Source of the DNA: Candidatus Latescibacterota bacterium
Lineage (GTDB): Bacteria > Latescibacterota > UBA2968
Length of the DNA: 64,000 bases
NCBI GenBank assembly: GCA_038279365.1
Contig: JAYODI010000013.1
Location: forward strand, 23,406 to 87,405
Reading direction: 5' to 3'
The position numbers and the translations under genes are program-made. Below the pieces are notes generated by a model. It searched no databases. It was not told the origin of the DNA and saw nothing but the letters and a program-made list of their open reading frames with translations. Of the stretch, positions 49,785 to 58,666 are shown piece by piece (position 1 is the stretch's first letter; every line of letters begins with the position of its first letter).

Positions 49785-51740
49785 CTACCAAGAATGGGTA
49801 TGGTGCCCTTGCCCAGGAAACCAGATTTGATCCACAATAAAGGACAACAACACACCCAATGCATGGCCTACCAACAGGCCCAAAAACAAAGGCCGACACC
49901 GCCGATACAAATCGACACCCCCAATGCGCAAAATAATCGACTTAATGCCCCAAGCCACAAAAATGGAAAACATGGAATGCACCGCATGTGTAGGTGGCAC
50001 CACCATGCCTATGGGGGCCAATGGCCACCAGGCAAACTGAAAACGCAAAAAACTCACCAGCGAAAAAACACCAATCCCCAACAACATAAAGAAATAACGT
50101 TCTTTTTCCCAAGTCTCTTCGCCCTTAAGAGCTTTTACCAATCCATCATATGTGCTTGGAGGATAACGCGAAAAGGGCAAATCATTAAAATTAAAAGCGC
50201 CGTAGGTATACCCCAGATACAAAGAATACGCAATGGCCGTGCTGATCCCCACCACAAGGGTCAATACAATGCCCCAAACAAGACGCCCCTTATTTTGCCC
50301 CACCATATCAGAAATGCGTGCCGCATGAACCAACGGCGGCATAAACATCCCTTTGTTTTGTGAGCGCACAGAATCCACCAAACGAAAAGCCGTAATGGTT
50401 GGACCATCAAAAGATTTGGGCCCAAAAATAAAGGGCAATAACCCATTGGCCGTCATGGGCATGCTAAAATATACCACACCCGTTTCTGCTATGACGCGAG
50501 CGGTGCCCAAATAGGTCACAAAAATACCCAAGGTGAGCACTATGGCCACCCCCAAACTCACCCCCACCGCATTGAGCCAAAGCATCAGAAACACCAAACT
50601 AAACAACAAACCAAAAACGCAGGCCCGATAAGAAAGCATTTCTTTTGAATCGTCAATGTCGGAACTGGGATGAAACGCCTTATAAAATACATCTTTAATG
50701 TGATGCCTCGCCATCCATAATCCAAACACCACCATGGCAATAAATGCTCCGCCAGCCTGCAAGGAAGTGGTTGCATCACCCGAATCACCTTTGTTATTTA
50801 GGTTTATGCCCAAACGCCGAAAAAACATAATTTGGACACAATAAAACAGATAAAAAACCCAAATAGAAAACAGCACATCCACATTGGCAAAATAAGCAAA
50901 ACCAATGGTATAAAAATTAAACGTCACATGCATGCGCGGGAAATACGTGCCCATAGCCATCCAACCAGGCCCCAACTGAATGCGTGGAAAACCCGGTGAA
51001 AAATAGCCAAATATATTCCACAGCAACAACAAAAAAGGAATCATCACACCAATCTTAAAAAAATTATTCTGCAACAGTGGAACCTTGGCTTCTCCCTCGG
51101 CCAAATCCCCTGCTGGATGGAGAATGGGATAAGCCAATCGTTCATTTTCGGCCCATTGCTTACGCAACATCACAGCCAAACACACACAACCTGTGACAAT
51201 GGCACCAATAAACGTCATCCATCCAAACAAAGGCACAAACCACACCCCCCAAGGGATGGGCATATCGGCACTGGGCAACCCCTCAAACAGATACTGCATG
51301 GCCCCACCTTCATTAGACGGCACCAGCCAAGTGGGCAAATATTGGTGAAAATAGTTAGCCCATTGATTCTCGGGAGTGGCCATATAATACGGCATGGCAA
51401 TCATTCCCAAAAAATAACTCGTCAAACCATAAGCAGGCACCGCAGCACCCACCAAGCCCATGGCCAACATGGTCAAAATTTCGGTGCTGTTAAATGCCCA
51501 AGCGACTTCTTTGCGCCGCAAAATGGCATTGACCAAAGTGAGCACCACATAAGGCACAAACAATGCTATGGGAAAATGGGTAATATTTAAACGTCCCGTA
51601 TGAGCGATATACTCGACGTAGGTATTCCACACAATCGCAGTTAACGCCAAAACCAAACCAAAAACGATTGCCCGAGCAGTTACCTTTTGGGTAGCAACAA
51701 CAGACGCTTCTTGGTTAAAAACATTTTCATTCAAAGCCAT
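49785..51740 (-). CDS. DUF6785/DUF6784-type (OPT-like) polytopic membrane protein, paralog 2
   Basis: PYYMATPENQW, LFEGLP..IPW..W..P, RKQWAENERLAYP, WWPLAPIG, PLFLGLLVG, WFPGQGH. Confidence 0.8.
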   Translation of the reverse strand: MALNENVFNQEASVVATQKVTARAIVFGLVLALTAIVWNTYVEYIAHTGRLNITHFPIALFVPYVVLTLVNAILRRKEVAWAFNSTEILTMLAMGLVGAAVPAYGLTSYFLGMIAMPYYMATPENQWANYFHQYLPTWLVPSNEGGAMQYLFEGLPSADMPIPWGVWFVPLFGWMTFIGAIVTGCVCLAVMLRKQWAENERLAYPILHPAGDLAEGEAKVPLLQNNFFKIGVMIPFLLLLWNIFGYFSPGFPRIQLGPGWMAMGTYFPRMHVTFNFYTIGFAYFANVDVLFSIWVFYLFYCVQIMFFRRLGINLNNKGDSGDATTSLQAGGAFIAMVVFGLWMARHHIKDVFYKAFHPSSDIDDSKEMLSYRACVFGLLFSLVFLMLWLNAVGVSLGVAIVLTLGIFVTYLGTARVIAETGVVYFSMPMTANGLLPFIFGPKSFDGPTITAFRLVDSVRSQNKGMFMPPLVHAARISDMVGQNKGRLVWGIVLTLVVGISTAIAYSLYLGYTYGAFNFNDLPFSRYPPSTYDGLVKALKGEETWEKERYFFMLLGIGVFSLVSFLRFQFAWWPLAPIGMVVPPTHAVHSMFSIFVAWGIKSIILRIGGVDLYRRCRPLFLGLLVGHALGVLLSFIVDQIWFPGQGHHTHSW

Positions 51741-51827
51741 AAAAAATCATCCATATAAAATGATGTACAAACAATGGGCAACCTTATGAGAGACACCTAA
51801 GGTTGCCCAATTATATCAATAATAAAA

Positions 51828-52409
51828 TTAATTTTTTGCAGGTTTTAACTTGGCATCCAAATCGGGCACAGAGGCATCTCGATTTTGTAAGCGCACAAAA
51901 TAAGAATCTTCATGGTCTGTTGCTTCGAGCACCATAACCTCACGATCAATATCTGCCGTCTCATCGTGTTGCCATTCTGTGCGCCAAGTCATTTGATAAG
52001 CCGTTCCCGCAACACGCTCCCAAGGAACAACCCCCTCCACATCCACCAACTTGCGGGGTTCTGCCCCACTAAAGTCCACACCCGTAGATGAAAACACAAC
52101 AAAATCCATCGCCTTGGTGCGTTCGTGATAGACCACCGAACCTTTTTCAACAAAGTTGAGCTGTTTTTGAGGCTGCATCATCGTCAACGTATACGTGCTG
52201 TCTTCCAATACCAAAATGGTGACTTCTTCATCCATGCTGTCCGTGCGAATACCCGTGTCACTACCGGCATATAAAAACCAAGTGCCAATGGGTGGCCCTA
52301 GTCGTTCTTTTGAAGCCGTATCAGTAACTTCTTGCGTTTTTGTTTCTTCCCCACAAGACCAAATAAGTGCACAGCACAAAACAATTGCCCAACACCATTG
52401 ACATTTCAT
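51828..52409 (-). CDS. Hypothetical lipoprotein
   Basis: IWSC lipobox; GGAG RBS before ATG 52409; GTW lipocalin-like start. Confidence 0.65.
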   Translation of the reverse strand: MKCQWCWAIVLCCALIWSCGEETKTQEVTDTASKERLGPPIGTWFLYAGSDTGIRTDSMDEEVTILVLEDSTYTLTMMQPQKQLNFVEKGSVVYHERTKAMDFVVFSSTGVDFSGAEPRKLVDVEGVVPWERVAGTAYQMTWRTEWQHDETADIDREVMVLEATDHEDSYFVRLQNRDASVPDLDAKLKPAKN

Positions 52410-52456
52410 AAACATCTCCAAAGTAACCCCGAATAATGAATACACGGCCAACCGAA

Positions 52457-53620
52457 TCAACCGCCCAAAACTTCTTTCACACGATCAAAAAATCCCTTAC
52501 CGCCTTCAGGTGCTTTGCCACTTTCTAATTCGGCCAACTTCTCAAACAATTCTTCTGCTTTTTTGCTCAATTTGGTGGGCGTCCAAACCACCACGCGTAC
52601 CAACTGATCACCCGTGCGATACCCATTCACTTCGGGCATGCCTTTGCCACGCAAACGAAACACTTTGCCCGATTGGGTGCCTGCCGGAATTTTCATGCTC
52701 ACCCGCCCACTTAATGTGGGCACTTCAATGTCATCACCCAAAGCGGCTTGGCTAAAACTAATGGGCAAATCGTAAACAATGTCGTTGCCATGGCGCTCAA
52801 AGCTTTCGTGTTCGGTCTCTTCTATAAACACCAAACAATCGCCCGATGGCCCACCATTGGGACCAGCATTGCCCTGCCCACGCAAGGGAATATAATTGCC
52901 TTCTGCTACCCCCGCTGGAATATTGACAGACAAATTGGTTTGCTTTTTTTGCCGCCCCTGCCCTTCGCAGTCTGGGCATTTGTCGCGAATGATCTTGCCA
53001 TTACCACCACACTGAGGGCACGAGGTGACATTAACAAACTGCCCAAACAAAGACCGCGTGGCTTGCCGAACTTGACCTGCCCCCCCACACATATCACAAG
53101 AAATGGGGTCAGAACCAGCTTTTGCACCCGACCCACTACATGTGCCGCACGATTCCAAACGCGACAGTTTAAGCGTCTTTTGAGCACCTTCGGCAATTTC
53201 TTCGAGTGTCAACGACAAGGCAACTTTCAGGTCTTCACCTCGGTTGGACCGCCGACCACCACGCCGACCACCGCCACCAAACAAATCGCCAAAAATACCA
53301 CCGCCAAAAATGTCGTCTAAGTTGGAAAAAATATCTTGAAAATCACCCGCATGTGAAAAATCAGACCACTGGAACCCACCGCCACGAAACTGCCCACTGA
53401 CCCCATCATGACCATATTGATCATACACCTGGCGTTTTTTGGCGTCCATGAGCACTTCGGCTGCCTCGGCACCTTCCTTAAACAAGGCTTCTGCTTCAGG
53501 GTTGTCTTTGTTTCTATCCGGATGATACTTCATCGCATATTTGCGATATGCTTTTTTTATTTCTTCTTCAGACGCTTTGCGATCTACGCCCAAAATTTCA
53601 TAATAGTCTCTTTTGGCCAT
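52457..53620 (-). CDS. dnaJ: Chaperone DnaJ
   Basis: J-domain HPD, G/F region, four CxxCxGxG repeats. Confidence 0.97.
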   Translation of the reverse strand: MAKRDYYEILGVDRKASEEEIKKAYRKYAMKYHPDRNKDNPEAEALFKEGAEAAEVLMDAKKRQVYDQYGHDGVSGQFRGGGFQWSDFSHAGDFQDIFSNLDDIFGGGIFGDLFGGGGRRGGRRSNRGEDLKVALSLTLEEIAEGAQKTLKLSRLESCGTCSGSGAKAGSDPISCDMCGGAGQVRQATRSLFGQFVNVTSCPQCGGNGKIIRDKCPDCEGQGRQKKQTNLSVNIPAGVAEGNYIPLRGQGNAGPNGGPSGDCLVFIEETEHESFERHGNDIVYDLPISFSQAALGDDIEVPTLSGRVSMKIPAGTQSGKVFRLRGKGMPEVNGYRTGDQLVRVVVWTPTKLSKKAEELFEKLAELESGKAPEGGKGFFDRVKEVLGG

Positions 53621-53703
53621 TACCTATTCCAATAAAAGTATATGTACAACGACGAACAGGGCCGCGTTTTTTCACGACCCTGTTCCCAGGCGATTTGATA
53701 ATC

Positions 53704-54270
53704 TTATTCTTGTGTATTTTCTTCTGCTTTGCCCTGGCTGACCACAACCTTGGCCGGGCGCAATACCTTATCACCCAATGTATATCCGTTTTCGACCACA
53801 TCAACCACATGACCAGCGGCAACCGTATCTGAAGCCATTTGCATTAACGCCTCATGAACATTGGGATCAAATGGCTGTCCCACCGTTTCAATTTCTTTCA
53901 AATTTCGGTTTTTCAAAACCTTGGGCAATTGCTCCATAAGCATGGCAACACCTTCTTGGTAGCCTTCGGTTTCGGCCTGACCACTCTCACGGTGCGCCAA
54001 TGCACGCGCCACGCCATCTAAAATGGGCAACAAATCGCGAATCACATCTTCACTGGCCGATTGGATGAGGGCTTCAAACTCACGGGCCGTTCTTTTTTTA
54101 TAATTTTCAAACTCGGCAGCCAACCGCATCCACCGATCTTTATACATCTCGGCATCTTTTTGTGCCAGCGTCAATTCATCTTCTGCTTCTGGCATTTCAA
54201 CAACATTTTCATCAGCTTCTTCAGACGACTCTTGATCGACATCTTCTACCACTGTGTTCTTTTCTTCCAT
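53704..54270 (-). CDS. grpE: Nucleotide exchange factor GrpE
   Basis: AEFENYKKR, FDPNVHEA, GY.LGDKVLRPAKV.V. Confidence 0.97.
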   Translation of the reverse strand: MEEKNTVVEDVDQESSEEADENVVEMPEAEDELTLAQKDAEMYKDRWMRLAAEFENYKKRTAREFEALIQSASEDVIRDLLPILDGVARALAHRESGQAETEGYQEGVAMLMEQLPKVLKNRNLKEIETVGQPFDPNVHEALMQMASDTVAAGHVVDVVENGYTLGDKVLRPAKVVVSQGKAEENTQE

Positions 54271-54287
54271 AAAAATTTCACCACTCC

Positions 54288-55310
54288 TTATTTGCCTTCT
54301 AACATTTCACTGGTCAATGTAGACATATATTGTAGCAATGGAACCAACTTGCCATAAGGCAAACGCGTGGGCCCAATGATCCCAATAACGCCGGAAACAT
54401 TGCCCACGCTATAACGAGAAGTCAGTAAACTACACCCTTGTAATTCGGGAGAAGGATGTTCTTCTCCAATGGTAATTAAAAAATCGTCGTTGCCTCGATC
54501 TTGCAAAAGATTGGCAACCGACTTTTTTTCTTCAAGCATGCCAATCAAACCAGCCAACCGCTCACTGGTAAAATCGGGTTGGCCCACAAAGTTGCGGGTG
54601 CCGTCCATGTGCAGTTCAACACCACTAAACACTTCAAAGAGCGAGTCGGCACTTTCGGCAATGAGGCGCAAAAGCTTGGGTGAACCCGTGGTGGCCGACT
54701 CCAAACGCTCTTTGGCCGAAGACATAATTTCGCCCACCGTCAACCCAGACAAACGCTCGTTGACCACCCGCCGAGTTTGTTGCAACTCTTCATCATCTAA
54801 GTCGCAATCCACTTCCATGACCATCGTTTTTACCAACCCCGAGCGAATGGTCATCACCATGAGCAGCTTAGACTCACTCAATTTGACCATTTCCAAACGC
54901 TCAAACACACCCTGCACAAACTGCGGCCCCAAAGCAATGCCTAAATTGTGTGACACATCGGCCAACAATTTAGATACTTGCCCCAACAAAGACTCTATGT
55001 TGCCCTCGCGAATGTGGACAATGCTTTCACGAATGGCTTGTCTTGCTGCTTCTGCCAACTCTTCTCGGGACATGAGCATATCGACATAATAACGATATCC
55101 TTTGTCACTGGGCACGCGCCCTGCCGAGGTATGGGGGTGTTGGAGATACCCTTTATCTTCTAAGTCGGCCATCGAATTGCGAATGGTTGCCGCACTTAAC
55201 CCCAAACCCATCTTAGAAACCGTACGCGACCCCACGGGCTCTCCCGTGGTTACGTAAGCCCCAATCAGGATATCGAGAATGGCTCTTTCCCGTTGTGTCA
55301 ACTCTGTCAT
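54288..55310 (-). CDS. hrcA: Heat-inducible transcription repressor HrcA
   Basis: EPVGSR, SAATIRN.M.DLE, PHTSAGRVPSDKGYR, GIIGPTR; AAGGAGG RBS. Confidence 0.96.
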   Translation of the reverse strand: MTELTQRERAILDILIGAYVTTGEPVGSRTVSKMGLGLSAATIRNSMADLEDKGYLQHPHTSAGRVPSDKGYRYYVDMLMSREELAEAARQAIRESIVHIREGNIESLLGQVSKLLADVSHNLGIALGPQFVQGVFERLEMVKLSESKLLMVMTIRSGLVKTMVMEVDCDLDDEELQQTRRVVNERLSGLTVGEIMSSAKERLESATTGSPKLLRLIAESADSLFEVFSGVELHMDGTRNFVGQPDFTSERLAGLIGMLEEKKSVANLLQDRGNDDFLITIGEEHPSPELQGCSLLTSRYSVGNVSGVIGIIGPTRLPYGKLVPLLQYMSTLTSEMLEGK

Positions 55311-55388
55311 GCCAACCTCCTTACACAACAGGGGGAGAAAACAAGGTGCAAAAACAATAGAATAACACCTAACTTTATAATAGGTATA

Positions 55389-55417
55389 ATGATATATGAA
55401 TTGAAATTTATTGTCAA
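55389..55417 (-). promoter_or_regulatory. Sigma70 promoter for hrcA-grpE-dnaJ
   Basis: Minus strand TTGACA-N17-TATCAT. Confidence 0.7.
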
Positions 55418-55472
55418 GAGGAGAAAAAAGAAGGATCACAAAGAGAGATTGTTGATCAGAAAACCCAATTCC

Positions 55473-56984
55473 TTAGTGCCTCTCTGTTTTGTAAGGAGAA
55501 AGCACCAACACCGGTCTGTCGGTTGTCAGTGTACTGGATATTGGAAATGTGACTTCCATGACATCTCCAAACCTTTGATCCTCGATCATTTGCACCTGCG
55601 GTGAAGACAATGGGGTCTCAACCTGAAACCTCATACCTGGCAAAGTCCAAGTAGCATCAGCAATTGTTTTGAGATCGGCATCTGGTGCATATATGAGAAT
55701 GCGCAAAGGAAAAACCGCATCAGGTTCGGTTAAATAGATTTGTAATTTGCGATCTTCGATTTTAACTTCGGCGGCATTTTCTCCCTCAACAAGCAGCCAG
55801 GCCACCTGATTGCCCACCGCCCAATGTACCGTTCCAGGACAGTGTTGGTTCCAACGGCGGCGCATCCCAGTTGCCGCCCCCATCATCCATGTGGGTTCCA
55901 AAAGCACCTGCGCCTGAAACACCTTTTTGCGATGTGGGATCTGATACAATACTTCGCGTGATTCTGAAAAAGTTTTGAACTGATCCAACAGATCTTTTGG
56001 CGGTTTTACATTAAGCAATGCAAATAGTGGCGCATAAGCCCATTCAAAGGCACGGTCTTTGGTATTGGGCAATGGCGCGTGTTCCCCATCTTCCAACCCC
56101 ATTGCAATGCACAATCCCACAAGTGCTGCATATTGGGTCATATCCATGCCATACCCTCTGACATAAGGCCCGCAAAGGTTTTTCAAACCCGCATGGTAAC
56201 ATTGTGCAATTTGCTTCCAAAACACCGTTTCAATCTCTTGCGCCCAAGTGCGCAATTCTGAGCTTTTGCCAAGCTCACGCCACAACCCAAGCCCTAAAAA
56301 GTTGGTTCCATAATACGTGGGAGAGTTGAACTCGGTGAAGGTATTGTACTGAAAAAAGAGATCCAAGATGGCTTTGGCCTTGTTCTTGCCCTGTTCAATA
56401 AATGCTGGGTTAGACGCAATATGCCCCGTGTAGTTGAGCAAAAAAGCACTCATCAGGGCGATGTTTGTATATTCGGGAGACACATCGCGCACAGATGCCC
56501 CTTGAGCCGCACGAATGAGGGCCTCATCCATATCGCGAACAAGATCAGGGTCTAACACATGACCAAAATATTCACGTGCCATAATAAATCCTACGCCTAC
56601 AAACTCGCGCCAATTTTGATCTTCGCGATCTTTGCCCACACCGGTTCGCCACATACCATGATTTTTTTCACCTGGTATATTGTATTGCAGTTTCAAAAGA
56701 TCACGCATCACCAATTGTGCATTTTTACGATCTGCCCCCTCGTTGCGATAGAGCATACCCACAGCGTGATAAATGCCCGAGCGTGTGCCATGGCGTTGTA
56801 AAAAAGCCTGAATGTCGTCGGCCTGATAGACCTCGGCACGCGATTCGGGCAACACAAACGTTACAAGGTGTTTTTGATAAGGCGTGAGTGCATCCCACGC
56901 CATGCCAAGTGCACTATTTGTCATTGTGAACCACCCTAGGCAAAGTGTGAACCATATTCTGAAACGATTGTTTACAAATAACAT
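55473..56984 (-). CDS. Conserved hypothetical, probably secreted, helical-toroid enzyme-like protein
   Basis: DQNWREF, YTNIALM, EFNSPTYYG, LCGPY.R.YGMDM motifs; hydrophobic N-terminus. Confidence 0.65.
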   Translation of the reverse strand: MLFVNNRFRIWFTLCLGWFTMTNSALGMAWDALTPYQKHLVTFVLPESRAEVYQADDIQAFLQRHGTRSGIYHAVGMLYRNEGADRKNAQLVMRDLLKLQYNIPGEKNHGMWRTGVGKDREDQNWREFVGVGFIMAREYFGHVLDPDLVRDMDEALIRAAQGASVRDVSPEYTNIALMSAFLLNYTGHIASNPAFIEQGKNKAKAILDLFFQYNTFTEFNSPTYYGTNFLGLGLWRELGKSSELRTWAQEIETVFWKQIAQCYHAGLKNLCGPYVRGYGMDMTQYAALVGLCIAMGLEDGEHAPLPNTKDRAFEWAYAPLFALLNVKPPKDLLDQFKTFSESREVLYQIPHRKKVFQAQVLLEPTWMMGAATGMRRRWNQHCPGTVHWAVGNQVAWLLVEGENAAEVKIEDRKLQIYLTEPDAVFPLRILIYAPDADLKTIADATWTLPGMRFQVETPLSSPQVQMIEDQRFGDVMEVTFPISSTLTTDRPVLVLSPYKTERH

Positions 56985-57171
56985 ATGCTCTACCTTTTGA
57001 AAGTCTTAACACAAAATAAGGTGATTCATTTCAAAAATCAATTGAATAATTGCTCATATATAAAACATGAATAAAAAATATATTCACACCTTGTTCTGTA
57101 TCTTTTCGCCAAACAAGGAATTATGAGTTCACCCGTTTTTCCGCCTTATAGAATATGGGTATGTGTTGGCT

Positions 57172-58011
57172 CTACCCCACCTTAGGAGCCCAACCATATG
57201 CCTTGGCGCACGCACCTCCCATGAGCATGGCGCGTTCGCTGTCGCTAAAGTTCTGCGTCTGGCGAAACGGCTCAACCCCTTGCTCGTAATTGAGCACGGC
57301 AAAGGCACGTGTCCAGTCGGTTCCCCATAAACAACGCTCAAAACCCCAAGCATCAAAAATACGCGCAAGGGAATCCCAAATATCTGGATATGGATAAGGC
57401 TCTCGAGAGAGCGTACAAGCCCCACTGACTTTGATCACCACATTTTCATGCTTTGCAAGTGCCAATACCTTTGGCAAATCGGCCCAAGCCTCTGATGGCG
57501 CAGGTGGCTTTTGGGGTTGCATGATGCCCAAGTGATCAATGATAAATCGCGTATTGGGGTGGCGCTCCATGAGTGCCCCTGCCGCATCGAGGTTGCCCCA
57601 ACACAGAACGTTGACAGGTAAGTCGTGCAAAACGGCAGCTCTCAAGATCCGATCAACACCAGCAGGGTTTGGCGCATCTGCGCCTTTGGGCATCATAATG
57701 CGAATACCAACCGCACCGGGTGTATTTTTCCACTCGGCAATCACATCGGCCACCGCCTCATCGTCTGGATCAACCGGCTTAACAATGGCGAACCGATTTG
57801 GATGAGCCTTTTGCACCGCAACGGCATAACTCGCGTCGTAGCGATATAAAGAAAACGCAGAAATAAAGATCGCACCATCCACACCCACCGCGTCCATGGC
57901 GGCTACCATTTCGTCTCCGGTAACATGATCGGGCCAATTGGGCACACTGTGCCAGGGCCGCTTGGGTGTGTTTTTTTCATAGGCGTGCACTTGCGAATCG
58001 ATAATGGCCAT
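57172..58011 (-). CDS. Amidohydrolase_2 family protein
   Basis: DSQVH, IDHLG, WGFERCLWGTDWT; GGAGGT RBS. Confidence 0.88.
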   Translation of the reverse strand: MAIIDSQVHAYEKNTPKRPWHSVPNWPDHVTGDEMVAAMDAVGVDGAIFISAFSLYRYDASYAVAVQKAHPNRFAIVKPVDPDDEAVADVIAEWKNTPGAVGIRIMMPKGADAPNPAGVDRILRAAVLHDLPVNVLCWGNLDAAGALMERHPNTRFIIDHLGIMQPQKPPAPSEAWADLPKVLALAKHENVVIKVSGACTLSREPYPYPDIWDSLARIFDAWGFERCLWGTDWTRAFAVLNYEQGVEPFRQTQNFSDSERAMLMGGACAKAYGWAPKVG

Positions 58012-58117
58012 TGAGAAATACCTCCGTATCAAGTGGGTATCATTTTGGGAACGACGGAATTTAGGCCTGATCTTGCCCTAACACAAGTGTCAAAACCAGG
58101 AGAGCTAACCCACATGC

Positions 58118-58429
58118 TTAATAATTCAATATTTCGTCTATGGCATCTATAGGTGTTGGAACAGATGGGAATTATATACCCGTGGGCACATGTTTGTGGT
58201 GGGGGTGTTGCAGGGCGGGTTTGTGTGCAGCGTTGTCATATCGAAAAACGAGGTTGTTTTCGGCATTCTGGTAATGATATACATACATTCCCTTGGGTTC
58301 TTCGGCAAGCGTATTGACAAATTCTTTGAAATGCAACGTGGAATGATTGTTGAACCTCAAAATACCTGATATCAATCCAAGATTCGAGGAGCGATGACCG
58401 ACTTCAAAATCTATTAGAACTACGCCTCC
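58118..58429 (-). pseudogene. DUF6516/TumE-family toxin-antitoxin protein remnant
   Basis: LHFKEF..Y.YHYQ....LVFRYDNA.H...HHKH; in-frame TAA at 58172-58174; N-terminus missing. Confidence 0.75.
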
Positions 58430-58430
58430 A

Positions 58431-58519
58431 CTTACTGTGTGGTCTGTGCCAGTTGTAATGTTGCCTAAAATCCTCTAATACGACTTGCGCTTCTGGCACA
58501 TTGAGTAAAGTACCCTATT
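58431..58519 (-). mobile_element. IS3-family transposase fragment (integrase core C-terminus)
   Basis: Minus strand reads LLNVPEAQVVLEDFRQHYNWHRPHS, matching the IS3 EAxxxIExWRxxYNxxRPHS motif. Confidence 0.7.
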
Positions 58520-58607
58520 CTTCAAAACTTACAAATTACACTTGTTTTTTTGAATTCCAGGTTTTTGAAATATTCTCTACACAAATAGAAATTTTTTGGG
58601 ATAAAAC

Positions 58608-58651
58608 AAAAAAGGCGGGCCAATCGAAAACTCGATCAGCCCGCCTTTTTT
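58608..58651 (-). terminator. Intrinsic terminator after the giant protein gene
   Basis: AAAAAAGGCGGGC..TCGA-loop-TCGA..GCCCGCCTTTTTT. Confidence 0.85.
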
Positions 58652-58666
58652 ACGTCTTACTTTAGA

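Noticed and set aside
55311-55472. CIRCE operator upstream of hrcA
   Set aside because: No TTAGCACTC-N9-GAGTGCTAA or close variant seen
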